A stretch of DNA of 64,000 nucleotides from Caecitellus pseudoparvulus (Eukaryota > Protista > Bigyra: Bicosoecida): NCBI GenBank assembly GCA_965644315.1, contig CBFFRQ010000018.1, forward strand, positions 248,001-312,000. The letters run 5' to 3'. The notes below the pieces were generated by a model. It did no database searches. It had not been told where the DNA came from and worked only from the letters and a program-made list of their open reading frames with translations. The translations under genes and the position numbers were made by a program. Shown here one piece after another: positions 20,801 through 31,045 of the stretch (positions within the stretch are counted from its first letter, which is position 1; the number at the start of each line of letters is the position of its first letter).

Positions 20801-23800
20801 TCGGCTTCGATGGCTCTTGCCGCCCCGCCCTCGCCACACCCCTGCCCCTGGTCCTGGACACCTCTGCCTCCCTGGCTCCCCGGCGCCTGAAGGAGTTGAA
20901 CTTGGGGTTCTGTGGCCTGGTGGATGCGACCGCGCACGAGCCGCTGGGCGCCCTGCTGCGCAACGCACCACACCTGGAGCGCCTCATCATCGCCCACAAC
21001 CGCCTCAGCGCCCGGTGTGCGACCGCACTGGCCCAGGCCCTGCCTGAAGCCACTTGCCTTTCGGAGTTGGACGTGGGCTTCAACCCACTGGGTGTGGCTG
21101 GCACGGCAGACATCATCGTCGCCCTCGTGCACACCGCCGTTGACACGCTGCACATCGAGAACACGACGGGGGACGGGGCACAGGCGGATGCGCAAGTACA
21201 GTTCGTGTGGGAGCTGGGACAGGCAGTGCTTGAGGCACGCCTGCTGGCCGACCCGGACTTGCAGCCTGAGAACACGCGGCTGTTCGTGGAGTGGCCTGTC
21301 GTGCGGCCGCGGCGCCGTACCCGCCGCCGCCACATCTCCTTCTGGGAGCCCACCCGCAGCATGTGGGGCCAGCTCACCCAGGAATTCCTCGCCGCGGACA
21401 ACAGCAGTGAGGGCACCTCTCTGTGGTCTCTGCAGCGCTCCGTGTTCAAGGAGCGCTGCAAAGTGGCCGACAGCGCGGACTTCCTGGACACGCCCCTGCA
21501 GATGGCCAAGTGCTTCGAGTCTGATTGGGCGGCGGCTAAAATGCCCCGCGTCCTGCCCTCCTCCAAAGCGCAGCTGGAGAGCAAGGGCCTGCTTCGGTCA
21601 GTGTACCCACTGCTGCGGGAGGGGTTCAAGTTCTTCACCACCATTGGCGGGCAGCAAGGCTCCCCCTTCGACATGTCCTTCCAAGGCTTCACAGACTTTC
21701 GCAAGGCGTGCAGCATCGACGACCCCACCCGCATGGCGCACTTGGACAACACCTTTCAGGCCGCCGCCTTCACGGAGAAGCAGCAGCGGGTGAAGCACGC
21801 GCCTGCCAATGCGCTCACCCGAGCGCAGTGGATGGAAGCCTTGGTGCGCTTGGGGCTCGTCATGTACCCCAGCGTGAATGCCAACGAGGCTGCGGCGTCT
21901 CTGGATGCTCTGCTGAAGCTGCATGTCCTCCCCGTCATCCGGCGGATGCTGGGCGTGGAGGGCACTGCGGGGCCGCTCATGAAGGAGGCCCTGCCTGCCA
22001 GTGCCGGCGCCAGCGCGGTGGTGGCAGGGGGGGGCGCCCCCACCACCCCTCGTCGTGGCTGGTTCTTCGACACGCCTGACCCCACCTCGCCTGCACCAGC
22101 ACCTGCGGCACCCAAGCTGGCCATCTCTGCCAGCACGCCAGGTCACAAGGCGACAGACGGCGTGTCACTGACTGGGCAAGTGGAGGTTGCGAACATGGGT
22201 GAGAGTCTGTTGAACGGTTTTCGGACGCACCGCCTGTACAACCAGCACATGGACGTGATGGTGCGCCGGTGCAACGCCGCGTTGCGGGCTGTGTTTGAAG
22301 GCCACGCTGGCACAGCCAAGTCCATCGCAGACAAGAAGGGGTTGAAAATGTCCATTGACGAGTTCCTGGGCCTGTTGGGAAACTCCCAGCTGGTGCGAGA
22401 CGACGCAGCACTACCCACGGTTCGGTGGGGGGTGGCCTGCCCGCCCACCCTCACCCAGCGCCAGGCCATGTTCATCTTCCTCAGCAGCAAGAGCGCCGTG
22501 GACGACGAGCTCTTCCGCACGTTCAAAGACCACTGCCGCTCCTCCACCAGCATGCTGTCCTTCCCAGAGTTCATCGAAGCAGTCGCACGTCTGGCGGACA
22601 CCGCCCAAGTGGCCCCCGCAATCCCCTGGTACCTCTGGCTCCTGCCAGCTGCCGCGTATGGTGGCCGCACGGAGGGTCAGACAGGGCGTGTGGACATGGT
22701 GGTGGGGGAGGGCGGCCCCCTGGACCCCAACGCCTTCACGACTGCCGCTGCTGCAGCCGGCACATCCGTCGGGCAGATGCTGGTGCAGGCTGGAGGGGGG
22801 GGCGAAGCGCGGCAAGGCGAAGGAGACGGCTCGCCCCGCTCTCCACGGGCGTTTGACCCCCGCCTGGCCACTGTTTCCCTCATGGCGTCCAGCCGAGTCC
22901 ACCGCATGGCTCGGGATGTGGAGGCAGGCCAAGGGGATGAAGCCTGCCTCATGCCCACCCCAGCCGCAGCGGCACCCGCCAGCCCCCCTGCCAGCACCTC
23001 CACCACTGCACGCCAGCGCAGGAACAGCTTGGTGCGCTTCGCAGATGAGGAGGGGGGAGGTGAGGCCCAATCACCCACGGCACCGCCCCCCTCCCCTGCT
23101 GCATCCCCAGCTGCGCGTGGCCAAGGGCAGAAGGCGAGGGGTGTCGACCCGCTTGCGGTGTGGCAGCGCCTGCCGCTGCCCAGGCGGTACGGAGCCATCG
23201 TGACGTACCTCCTAGAGTGCATGCGAGAAGGGTGTCACCGCACTGCCCACCTTCGGTTTTCCCGTGCTGGCCCAGCGACATCACCTGCCAGTCAGCACCC
23301 CTGTGGGGCGGGGGTGGATGCCAGCGGACCTGCAGGCGGAAAGGGCATGTCCGTGGACGTGAACAGCTCTCCCCGAGCAGGAGGAGGGGGTGGGGGTGCC
23401 TTTGCCAAGGCCAGCCCACGTGCAGGGAGCGTTCGGGGCTCCAGTGGAGTCACCCCTGCTGGCACCCCCATGAACACTTCGTTCCACCGGCAGCACGAGT
23501 CATACCGCACCGCTGGACTGGCGGAGCAGGAGGCCCCCTACACACCCCTCCCTGTGATCACACCCCCTGCGAGTGAGGTGGCATCCTCCCCGAGTGCCAC
23601 CGTCACGCCTCGGCAGCGCAAAGAGCGCTTTAGCTTGGCTGCTGGGCCGGGCGAATGGGGCGCAGCGGCTCCCTCCGCCTCCCCCACCTCCTCTCGGCCC
23701 CCATCCCCGGCTTCCAGCACCAGCCACTCCATCGCCAGCAGCAGTCCTCGCAGTGGCTTGCCCACGTGGAGGTCACGCCGGTACAGCATGGATTCTGTGG

Positions 23801-24735
23801 AGCTGGGCGTGGCAGTGCCGGTGCCCAGTGTGGTGGGGGGAGATGCCGCCACAGCCCGCCTTCGGGATATGTCCACTGCATCCCACGGCACGGCCTTGGA
23901 CTCCGATGCAGACACTCCAGACCTTCCCGACGACCAGGCAGCAGCCATGCTGCAGGTCTCCACCAGTCCGCCGCCGCTCTCCAGCGATGGGGACAGGCCA
24001 CCCCCGACCCTCATGCCAGCCAGCCCAGTCGATGGCCCACCCACGAGTCCCCTCTCCAGTCCGCAAGGGGCCACCTCAGCCCCGCCCCCCGTGGCGAACA
24101 AGCCTTCCCAGCGCAAGCCGTCCCGCAAGCGAGCCAAGGGGGGGCGGGCTGCACGGAAGAGTGACAAGGGCGGCAGCACCGCAGGGCGCAGGGCTCCAGG
24201 CGCCACGCCAGCCTCGTCAACTCGGCCTGCTCCCACCCAGCCTGTGCCTCGGCGAGGTTCTCAGTCGAGTGCACGTGCTCCTCGGCGCGGGGGAGGGCGC
24301 AGTGCAGCGCGAGCAGCTCCGCCAGCTGCACCATCCGCGCCAAGCCCCCAGCCCGAGGCAGAGGGCGGAAGCAGAGTGCTGTCCCCACTCCGTGGCCCAG
24401 GCAGGCGCCCCACAAGGCCAACGCAGACCCCGCCCATGTCCCCCTTCACTGCAGTGCAGCCGCCACCAAGAACTGCCGGAGGCGTGCGATCTCGGGCCAG
24501 CTCCCCCAGCACGCCCCAGTTGCCGGCCCCCGTGCCAGGGCAGGCGCAGGCCGCAAAGGCCATGGCTGCACTTGCCCGGGCCCAACTTGCCGCGTCCAAG
24601 CAGTTGCAAGATGAACAGAGCGGGCTGGCAATCGGGGGCAGCAGTGGCCCTCGCAAGGGCCGCCGGGGGAGTGCCGAGACGGGCGCTCGCTCTGGGCGCT
24701 CGTCCGTCCCCATGCACGCACGGCTTGTCATGTAA
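17824..24735 (+). CDS. Giant RI-type leucine-rich-repeat protein (LRRC74-like N-terminus, EF-hand-like helical region)
   Basis: Intronless frame of about 2300 codons. YLAASRRLGVPP...VTHVDLSSNGLGDVG, VTTLDLTGNAFG, LTHLSLSKNSL, ITVLDVSWCNLG, LSELDVGFNPLG; later CFESDW...LTRAQWMEALVRL and LSFPEFIEAVARLA. Start uncertain. Confidence 0.75.
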   Translation: MHRKGVQLPEVDFNLNEEWKHKQLLAFVGRHVESVSEAATAEAAKRIPLLPFAGPEDLDVGEREGTMESLRSSRSGSPPAGAGGPAADTEDADHVFTSPGLLRASSSSHLPPSSLPSRSLGSAGSADTEAKAAPGEAPVLPESMSAASLLSGPASAADLARSLPQVLLQDHRRLTDDGITGRRQYLAASRRLGVPPRMAILRHLPTDRIALPESSMGEATAVALAAALAANYTVTHVDLSSNGLGDVGFAALVRALVDPRLASPGSFYRRQLLELRQGRSGGRASPGSSPAPRPVRRSILAAMQSHPGAQSVLGSITGGSHGQEGGARGGGVGHRAGSVAGGQSVYRSNVSTMAAAASQAVRGRPRRAGGPLLTSYVKGAYSQAVAGGASTSSAGGPGGVGWALRSPSTDVLHSVLRSELAAADQREADLLEADCTFSTRDWSGGSGGGGGAALARAGAVTTAGRNTAALSRAAALHSAAAQATQAVLRQQETGRGGPETQSSQRNGGAVGHPTLAIPRDTSVASFADGPADAGGRDTTLPAVAVLCLANNGLGGSSASLRGGSPRSTALVPPSSARSAQGLGKPSLRLLKPAMLHASPLFRGECALLELVALGSRVTTLDLTGNAFGMDAVYGLAYLFGLPLGPPVLAALDVATTSPAQAVALGMQQWTALELKRVRQEMIDAGLIRPGSERSAPPPPPAKAASSTGKPPEEPGVHALSRGGYFKPPPEPKLGAGKGGGSSPRTPRRQRSGAGTAGGDDDVASVGGASTRSGASSDTKAGGKGKAPSQPVLPAVLTRLLPLFLATRALHLALRRAYAAKAAVEAATQAGAEGGDASPRRPNILESIRSQEATSRKAQVDAKLQAAQKGLVPKPHVFSLTHLSLSKNSLAGHEAAMALACMLAAPKCPITVLDVSWCNLGPAGDAVLAACAGIPLPKAYQAAATGALRRPRVLTAAEQRKVDQAASRARGKQQVKRRPLPEEVLACTSLAQRIGFDGSCRPALATPLPLVLDTSASLAPRRLKELNLGFCGLVDATAHEPLGALLRNAPHLERLIIAHNRLSARCATALAQALPEATCLSELDVGFNPLGVAGTADIIVALVHTAVDTLHIENTTGDGAQADAQVQFVWELGQAVLEARLLADPDLQPENTRLFVEWPVVRPRRRTRRRHISFWEPTRSMWGQLTQEFLAADNSSEGTSLWSLQRSVFKERCKVADSADFLDTPLQMAKCFESDWAAAKMPRVLPSSKAQLESKGLLRSVYPLLREGFKFFTTIGGQQGSPFDMSFQGFTDFRKACSIDDPTRMAHLDNTFQAAAFTEKQQRVKHAPANALTRAQWMEALVRLGLVMYPSVNANEAAASLDALLKLHVLPVIRRMLGVEGTAGPLMKEALPASAGASAVVAGGGAPTTPRRGWFFDTPDPTSPAPAPAAPKLAISASTPGHKATDGVSLTGQVEVANMGESLLNGFRTHRLYNQHMDVMVRRCNAALRAVFEGHAGTAKSIADKKGLKMSIDEFLGLLGNSQLVRDDAALPTVRWGVACPPTLTQRQAMFIFLSSKSAVDDELFRTFKDHCRSSTSMLSFPEFIEAVARLADTAQVAPAIPWYLWLLPAAAYGGRTEGQTGRVDMVVGEGGPLDPNAFTTAAAAAGTSVGQMLVQAGGGGEARQGEGDGSPRSPRAFDPRLATVSLMASSRVHRMARDVEAGQGDEACLMPTPAAAAPASPPASTSTTARQRRNSLVRFADEEGGGEAQSPTAPPPSPAASPAARGQGQKARGVDPLAVWQRLPLPRRYGAIVTYLLECMREGCHRTAHLRFSRAGPATSPASQHPCGAGVDASGPAGGKGMSVDVNSSPRAGGGGGGAFAKASPRAGSVRGSSGVTPAGTPMNTSFHRQHESYRTAGLAEQEAPYTPLPVITPPASEVASSPSATVTPRQRKERFSLAAGPGEWGAAAPSASPTSSRPPSPASSTSHSIASSSPRSGLPTWRSRRYSMDSVELGVAVPVPSVVGGDAATARLRDMSTASHGTALDSDADTPDLPDDQAAAMLQVSTSPPPLSSDGDRPPPTLMPASPVDGPPTSPLSSPQGATSAPPPVANKPSQRKPSRKRAKGGRAARKSDKGGSTAGRRAPGATPASSTRPAPTQPVPRRGSQSSARAPRRGGGRSAARAAPPAAPSAPSPQPEAEGGSRVLSPLRGPGRRPTRPTQTPPMSPFTAVQPPPRTAGGVRSRASSPSTPQLPAPVPGQAQAAKAMAALARAQLAASKQLQDEQSGLAIGGSSGPRKGRRGSAETGARSGRSSVPMHARLVM

Positions 24736-24783
24736 GTGGCGCCAGACGGAGCTTTGCATTGTGGTGGGGAGGACCCTGCCACC

Positions 24784-26240
24784 TCAGTCCATGAAGCCTG
24801 AGCCTTGCAAGCTCTGCTTCAGGATGATCTCCTTGCAGGCGTTGAAGACGGTGGAGATGTTGCCGGTGTCAGTGGCGCAGGTAACATGCCAGTAGATCTC
24901 CCGGGCAGAGGCAGTTCCTGTGCCCTTGGTCTGCCCCAAGGCCAAGTACTTCTGCACAATGTATGACACGGCCGCTTCGTAGTCGCACCCGCCAGTGTAG
25001 TCGTCAAAGAGCCACTGGTCCTCATCGGCAGGGTCCCGCTGGCGGATGTCCACCTCCTTGATCTTCTCCTCGAACAAGTCGCGCTTGTTCAGGAAGAGGA
25101 TGATGGAGGTGTTCTCGAACCACCTGCTGTGGCACACCTCATGGAATAGGTTCAGGCTCTCGACCATGCGGTTCTGCGTCGCGTCTTCGAACAGCACCTG
25201 GTCATACTCGGAGATGGCGGCGACGAAGATGACGGCCGTGACAGAATCAAAGGAGTGGATCCACTTCTTGCGCTCATTGCGCTGACCACCCACGTCTACC
25301 ATCCTGCGGAGGGTGGTGTGGCAGGGGCAGGTGCCCTGACTGCACGCTGAGCACAGCAGCCGAGGTTGGCTCTACCACGCACACAAACGTCACACCATCA
25401 ATGATGTACTCTTCTTCCACGATGCCCGACGTGCGGACCCGGACTTTCAGCACGTCCTTGATGTCCGGCACGTAGTCTGGCTTGCAGATCTCCCCCGCTC
25501 TCTCGATGAAGCTGCACAACCGCGGGAAATGTCAGGCAGAAACGTGATGAAGACAAGAACAAGGGCCGCAAGTCGGCAGTGTCACGCACTATGCTGCTGA
25601 ATCGTTCAACTGGAACTCGCTGCGCCGCTGGTACGTCTCCTTGATGCCCTTGTCTGCCCACAGCGTGGCGATGTGCCCTGCCACCTCGGGGGACATGAGT
25701 TCGTCTTCTGTGATTGACTTCATCGCAGCCAAGGCTCCCTGTGGGAAGAGGTGCGTGGAGGTGCCATGCAGAGCCATCGGAAGCCGGCGAGTCACAATCT
25801 CATACCTGCGCCTGAACTGGCAGCTCCAATTCCTCAGCCGCGGCGATGAGCGTGTTCATGGAGGATATCACATTGCTGTGCATGACGGGAACCTGCTGTC
25901 GGCGGTCTTCTTCTTTGAAGCCCGTGCCGTACAGGATCTTCATTTGCTTGAAGATGGTGCTCTTCCCCGATTCGCCGGCACCTGCAGGTGTGAGGAGCGG
26001 CAGTGCACAGGTGCCTCCAGCGCACGCAACAGCGACCCTCGGCAGGAGGGTGGCGGCAGGCTTCCGTCGAAGCATTGCAAGGTCTCGTATGCATCAGTGC
26101 GGGCCCCTTCACGCACCAAGAAGGAGCAGCTTGATCTTTGCTTGGTCTGCCTCGTGGTCAGCTCGTGCTTGGGCGGCAATCTCTGCGTCCAGCTTCGCTG
26201 CCGCCAGGTCCTTCTCAGATTTGGACCCACAGCCCCCCAT
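24784..26240 (-). CDS. Heterotrimeric G protein alpha subunit (copy 2; 5 exons)
   Basis: MGGCGS, KLLLLG|[40 protein letters not shown]. Ends GSGFMD like copy 1. Confidence 0.97.
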
Positions 26241-26898
26241 GGTACTGCAGCTGAGCACCGGTGTCTTGTGGTTCTCGTGCGCTCCCCGCGGCAACTTCTG
26301 CCCTGGAAACGCAAGGGCAGTGACTTCCGGTTTCCGCACTGGCGCACGCTGGCGCTGGCAGCGGCAACTCTATGGCTGCTCGCAGCCGCGAAAGGCAAAC
26401 AGAATGACAACAAGCTGCATGGCTCGGGGGCTTGGAGCAACGGGATGTGCATCGCAGCCGCTCTTGTGCCGAAGAAACCCAGCCGCTTGTGCAGGTGGTG
26501 TCGTCTCCTGGGCGGAGGGGGGATGCGGGGTCCCACTCTCGCCAGCGCTGCTGCTAAGGCATCCCACCAAACTTCAAACCCCCGCCGCCAGCGCGCTCCT
26601 TGCCACTAAGGAGCCTTGCATTGCCGCACACGCACCGGTCGCAGGGTTGGACGCACCTGCCCGCACAGGCTTGTCCCTGCTGCATCGCGGCTCCTGTGGA
26701 ATTGCCTGCGACGCACGCCATCAGTGAGTAGGCTGTGCTGGGTTATTTTGCTGTGATGGTGCTTCCTTGTGTGGCCCCTGCACCAACCGCAGCACTCTGT
26801 CTGCTTGTGCTGGGGGGCTAGCAGGTGCCACCATCGCTGTGCGACCCCCGCCTGCAGGCACTCTCGCCCCTCTGCTCCGCGCAGACGCCGGCGCCGAC

Positions 26899-29247
26899 AT
26901 GGCACCCACCACTTCCACGGCAGAAAAGGTAGGCGTGCATGAACTTCCGGCTCGCAAGCGCACTGGCGGCTTGATCCTGGCCACACCCCTGGAGGATGCT
27001 TGGCTGCTGAGCATCGCCTGCCACACCGTTTGGCTGGATGCTCCTTGGTGGATCACCGCCTGCACGCTGGGCCTGTTCGTGTACCACCTCCTCATGGCCG
27101 CCCTGGATGTGGACTTTGACAACCACCCAGCCTGGTGGCCAGTGGCCGTGTACCCCCGCGTGCCCATGTGGGCGTTGCACGTGCCCTCCTACATCATCGC
27201 CCTGGCCTGCCTGCTGCCCACGGCCTTCCTGCAGGAAGCTGTGGAAGGCCTGGGCCTCTCGCCGTCGGCCACTTGGTGGCTGCATGGCGCTGGCTGGCTG
27301 CTCGTGGTGGTGTACCGCCTGGCCCTGGCAGGGCTGGTTGCCGGGGCAGTGTGGGTCAATCGCCACTTGCCCATGACGGTGCTTCCTACGCCGGCTGGGC
27401 CGTACCGCGTGGCCACTCACGTCACCTTCATGAACATGGACGTGGAGGGGGACCAGCGCCGCTGCCGTGTGCGCACGTGCTTCCCTGCCGACGTCCAGCA
27501 GGAGGATGCGCCTGCACACCCATACTCCTACTGGCCCTCCACTGCCACCATCCGCATGCTGCTGGGCATGAATCCCAACAGCACCAAGTACTTCCCGGCG
27601 GAGCGCTTCTTGTTCCACGTGCACACTCATGGCGTGCTGTTCGCGGCCGGGCAGGCCACACGCGTGTCAGCTGCTGCCCTGCGAGAGGCGTCCCTCTCAG
27701 GCAACGACCGCCTGCCCATTCTGCTGTTCTCCCACGGCCTGGTGGGGTGCCCTGAGTCGGACACAGTGCTGAACACGCAGCTGGCGTCGTGGGGCTTCAT
27801 TTGCATGGAGATCGAGCACCATGACGGCAGCGCGCCGTACACCATCACGCCCTGGGACGGTGACTGCACCGTCACGCTCAGCATGCCCACTGACGAGCTG
27901 CGAGACACGAACCCCCCCATGTACCACGCCAAGGCCGGGGAGCACCTCCTCCAGCGCCTGTCTGAGCTGGGCCTGCTGCTGGAGGTGCTGGCGGCCTGGC
28001 AGGCTGAGGCTGAGGGGCGGGGAGATGGCCCTGTTGGGCTAGTGGGCAAGGACCTCGCCCTGCTGCGGGAGCTTCTGGTGCAGCACGCTGACTTCGGCAT
28101 GGTGTTTGCCGCGGGGCATTCAGCGGGAGCAGGCGCGGTGTTTGCACTGGCAGCGCTGGAGGCCTCCGGGCGCACTGTGCCGCCCTCGGCCCTGGACACG
28201 CCCGTGGCGGGGTGGATGAAGGAGGTCTTCCCGGACCTCGCCGGCACCATCAACGACACAGACCCAGGGGTCGTGTACGCACAGGCCAAGGCCGCCCTGG
28301 ACAAGGCGTGGCCCCCTGCCGCCCCCCGCGTGAAGCTGCAGGGCACGGTGAGCCTGGACCCCTGGATCAACTCCCTGCCCTTTGACTGGGCCCACAAGGG
28401 TCTCTGTGGCGCCCGGATCATGGTGGTGCTGTCGTCCCTGTACGGCGGCGCCGAGGACATGGCCAGGGACAAGGACCACTACCACCGCCGGGACGCCATG
28501 CTGCTGCGGCAGATGGTGCATGTCAAGTCCAGGGTCACTGCGTGGCGTGCCTCGGCCGGACTGTCCCCGTTGAGCCCCCACGTGGCCCGCACACTGTCCA
28601 CGCGCGGACTGCGCAACGGGGTGGACCAGCACGGCAAGCCCCTCTTCCAGCTGCCCCACACGCAGGAGGAGGTGGACACCCTGCCACCTTCAGATGAGCA
28701 CGGCAGCGTGCTGGGCGTGCACCCCATGACCATCGCAGTGCGGAACACGCACTACGAACACTTGAACTTCAACGACGTCGCCGTCGTCATGACTTCCGTG
28801 GCGCGGCTGCTGGACTACCTGGGTGCTTCCAGGGGCGTGGAGCCGTCCTTGGGCAGCGTGCCGGACATGCAGGGGCTGCTGCACCTCGCTGACGTCATCC
28901 GGGTGGGCCTCGTGCAATTTGCCAAGGATGTGAACTGGCAAGCAGGCAACGCCAGCGGCGTGCAGTTCACGCCTGCTGAGCGCACTGCCCGGGAGGCAGC
29001 TGGGCACACCGCCGCCCCAGTGCAAGCCGCCGCATCCCCCACCTGGACCGCCATCCGGGACCTACAGGCGGCCGCCGGCATCGACGAGCGGTGCAAGTTC
29101 CACGTGTGGGCCGAGGACGAGATGGAGCAGTGGTGGGCAGACATGGCAGCGTACGACGCGGCGCACGGCGGCGACGTCTTCGAGCAGTACTTGGCGGATG
29201 TGAAGGCTGGCAAGTCCCACGGCCCGCGCAGCAGCATGCCCACGTGA
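26899..29247 (+). CDS. PAF-acetylhydrolase-like alpha/beta hydrolase with N-terminal transmembrane helices
   Basis: PTPAGPYRVA, LPILLFSHGLVG...LASWGFICMEIEHHDGSA, nucleophile elbow AGHSAGAG, SLDPW, HLNFND; several hydrophobic segments upstream. Confidence 0.85.
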   Translation: MAPTTSTAEKVGVHELPARKRTGGLILATPLEDAWLLSIACHTVWLDAPWWITACTLGLFVYHLLMAALDVDFDNHPAWWPVAVYPRVPMWALHVPSYIIALACLLPTAFLQEAVEGLGLSPSATWWLHGAGWLLVVVYRLALAGLVAGAVWVNRHLPMTVLPTPAGPYRVATHVTFMNMDVEGDQRRCRVRTCFPADVQQEDAPAHPYSYWPSTATIRMLLGMNPNSTKYFPAERFLFHVHTHGVLFAAGQATRVSAAALREASLSGNDRLPILLFSHGLVGCPESDTVLNTQLASWGFICMEIEHHDGSAPYTITPWDGDCTVTLSMPTDELRDTNPPMYHAKAGEHLLQRLSELGLLLEVLAAWQAEAEGRGDGPVGLVGKDLALLRELLVQHADFGMVFAAGHSAGAGAVFALAALEASGRTVPPSALDTPVAGWMKEVFPDLAGTINDTDPGVVYAQAKAALDKAWPPAAPRVKLQGTVSLDPWINSLPFDWAHKGLCGARIMVVLSSLYGGAEDMARDKDHYHRRDAMLLRQMVHVKSRVTAWRASAGLSPLSPHVARTLSTRGLRNGVDQHGKPLFQLPHTQEEVDTLPPSDEHGSVLGVHPMTIAVRNTHYEHLNFNDVAVVMTSVARLLDYLGASRGVEPSLGSVPDMQGLLHLADVIRVGLVQFAKDVNWQAGNASGVQFTPAERTAREAAGHTAAPVQAAASPTWTAIRDLQAAAGIDERCKFHVWAEDEMEQWWADMAAYDAAHGGDVFEQYLADVKAGKSHGPRSSMPT

Positions 29248-29379
29248 GGCGAGTGGCAGAGCAATGCATTGCGCAGCCTGCAGTGTGCATGCCCACACCC
29301 ACAGCCTGCACCAAGAAACACGCAATATGAAGCACTGGGGAGCTTGGCGCCACCCGAGCAGCGAAAGGGGGCACCTCCT

Positions 29380-30564
29380 TTACTCGGCACACGGGTCCTC
29401 TTGCGACTGGGAGTCACCGTCGGCACTGTGAGCTGAGGAAGGCGGCGGCAGGCCCGGCTCGGCGAGGTCGTCCTCCGCGACGTCATCCGTGGGGGGCATG
29501 CCAGGCTCGTCCGAGGGGGTGACGGGGCCCACGGTGGGCGGGGGTGGCTGTCGAGCCTGCCATGCCCGGAGCGCCTCCAGAGACCGCTGGTACCTCCCAT
29601 ACACTGCCAGCACCTCCCGGAGCCACCAAGCCGTGGAGTGAGCTGCCACGCTGGAGGTGAGCTGTGAGCTGGAGCGGGAGCTGGGGGCAGGGGTCCGGTG
29701 CAGGCGGGTGCGGCCCAGGCACAGGTAGCAGTTGAGCATGGCGCCCACGACGACGCAGCACAGGGGCAGGCAGAGCAGGGCGTCCATGCCAGCCTGGGAG
29801 ACGGAGAGGGGCAGGTGCACGGGGGTGCTGGGGGTGGGCGGCAGGTCCAGCAGGGGCGACAGGGCGGCCGTGGCAGTGGAGCCTCCAGCCCCCAGCACCA
29901 GCAGCGCACCAGCCAGCCACACCCCCAGCACTGTCAGGAACTCTGCCCACAGCGCCATGTACCGCACCATGCTGTGGTGGGTGTTGTACACAGCACGTGT
30001 GAGGGTCTCGTTTGGAGAGTCTGCAGGTGCCTCTGGCCTGCCACGTGGGTGCGCGGGGACGGGGGAAGGGCACCACCTGCAGCAGAGCAAGGGGAAGGGC
30101 ACTGCAGGACCCCGCGCCACTTGCGGCGCCGCACTGGTGAGGGAATGCATGGCTGTGTGGAACGACGCCGCGACGGGGTCCTGGCAGGCGTCACCTCCTG
30201 CACAGTGCTGGGCAGGGGGCTGCTGCTGCAACATGAGCAAGCCAGCTCGGCGGGCTGTGATGCCAACTTCCCGGATGGCATCAGCCTTGCGCATGGCAAC
30301 GTGCGTGGGCAGGGACAGGGTGGCTTCGTGGATGATGGCGTCGCGCTCAGTGGACAAGGCCAAGGCCTGCAGGTTGGCCAACAACCTGGCTTTCACCTCG
30401 CCCAGGCGTGCCAACAGTGTCGGCCCGTCCACTTCCCGGCCTGGCGCAGGCAGCCCGTATGGCTGGCTTGCAGCCCAGCGCAAAGGAAGTGTCCCAGCTC
30501 TCCGCCGCGCCACGCGGTTCTCTGGCCGCGGCACAACGAAAAGCGTCTCAGGCTGCATGGCCAT
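29380..30564 (-). CDS. Hypothetical membrane protein (about two hydrophobic helices)
   Basis: 394-codon ORF occupying an otherwise empty interval; hydrophobic segments FLTVLGVWLAGALLVLGA and LLCLPLCCVVVGAMLNCYLCL. No family recognised. Confidence 0.55.
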   Translation of the reverse strand: MAMQPETLFVVPRPENRVARRRAGTLPLRWAASQPYGLPAPGREVDGPTLLARLGEVKARLLANLQALALSTERDAIIHEATLSLPTHVAMRKADAIREVGITARRAGLLMLQQQPPAQHCAGGDACQDPVAASFHTAMHSLTSAAPQVARGPAVPFPLLCCRWCPSPVPAHPRGRPEAPADSPNETLTRAVYNTHHSMVRYMALWAEFLTVLGVWLAGALLVLGAGGSTATAALSPLLDLPPTPSTPVHLPLSVSQAGMDALLCLPLCCVVVGAMLNCYLCLGRTRLHRTPAPSSRSSSQLTSSVAAHSTAWWLREVLAVYGRYQRSLEALRAWQARQPPPPTVGPVTPSDEPGMPPTDDVAEDDLAEPGLPPPSSAHSADGDSQSQEDPCAE

Positions 30565-31045
30565 TGTGGTCGGTGCGCAGGGGGGTCAGAGCGGCCAGTG
30601 CAGGCCCGGACCGGCAGCCTTTAGTGGCTGGGGTGTGCCCGGGACGTTTCTGAGCAACGAGAGCGAAGGCACCAGCCCTGGCATTGGCAGGGAAGCCTCA
30701 CGGACTGGGGATGAGTGCGGAAAACGTGTTTCGGGGAAAGGTTGTGGTCAGGGGTGAGATTTATACTTTTGCCTGCGAGTGCACTGGAGTCAAGTGCCTT
30801 GAGCGTGCGGAATGGGCGTGCACAGCGCACAGCCAGTCCTTGCGCCTTTGCTGCCTCCCGCGAACGTGCTTACCAAGCACCCCCGGCGCCACAACCCAAC
30901 GCCGCGCCATTGCCGTTTGTGTCAGACCGCACCTGCATCTTGCACCCGCTCACTGCATATCGAGCACCGACACACACTGCTGCGCAGGTGCGCCCGGTGC
31001 GGAAATCGCAGGACTTGTTCCCGCAGCGCCACCCCTGCCTCGGCC

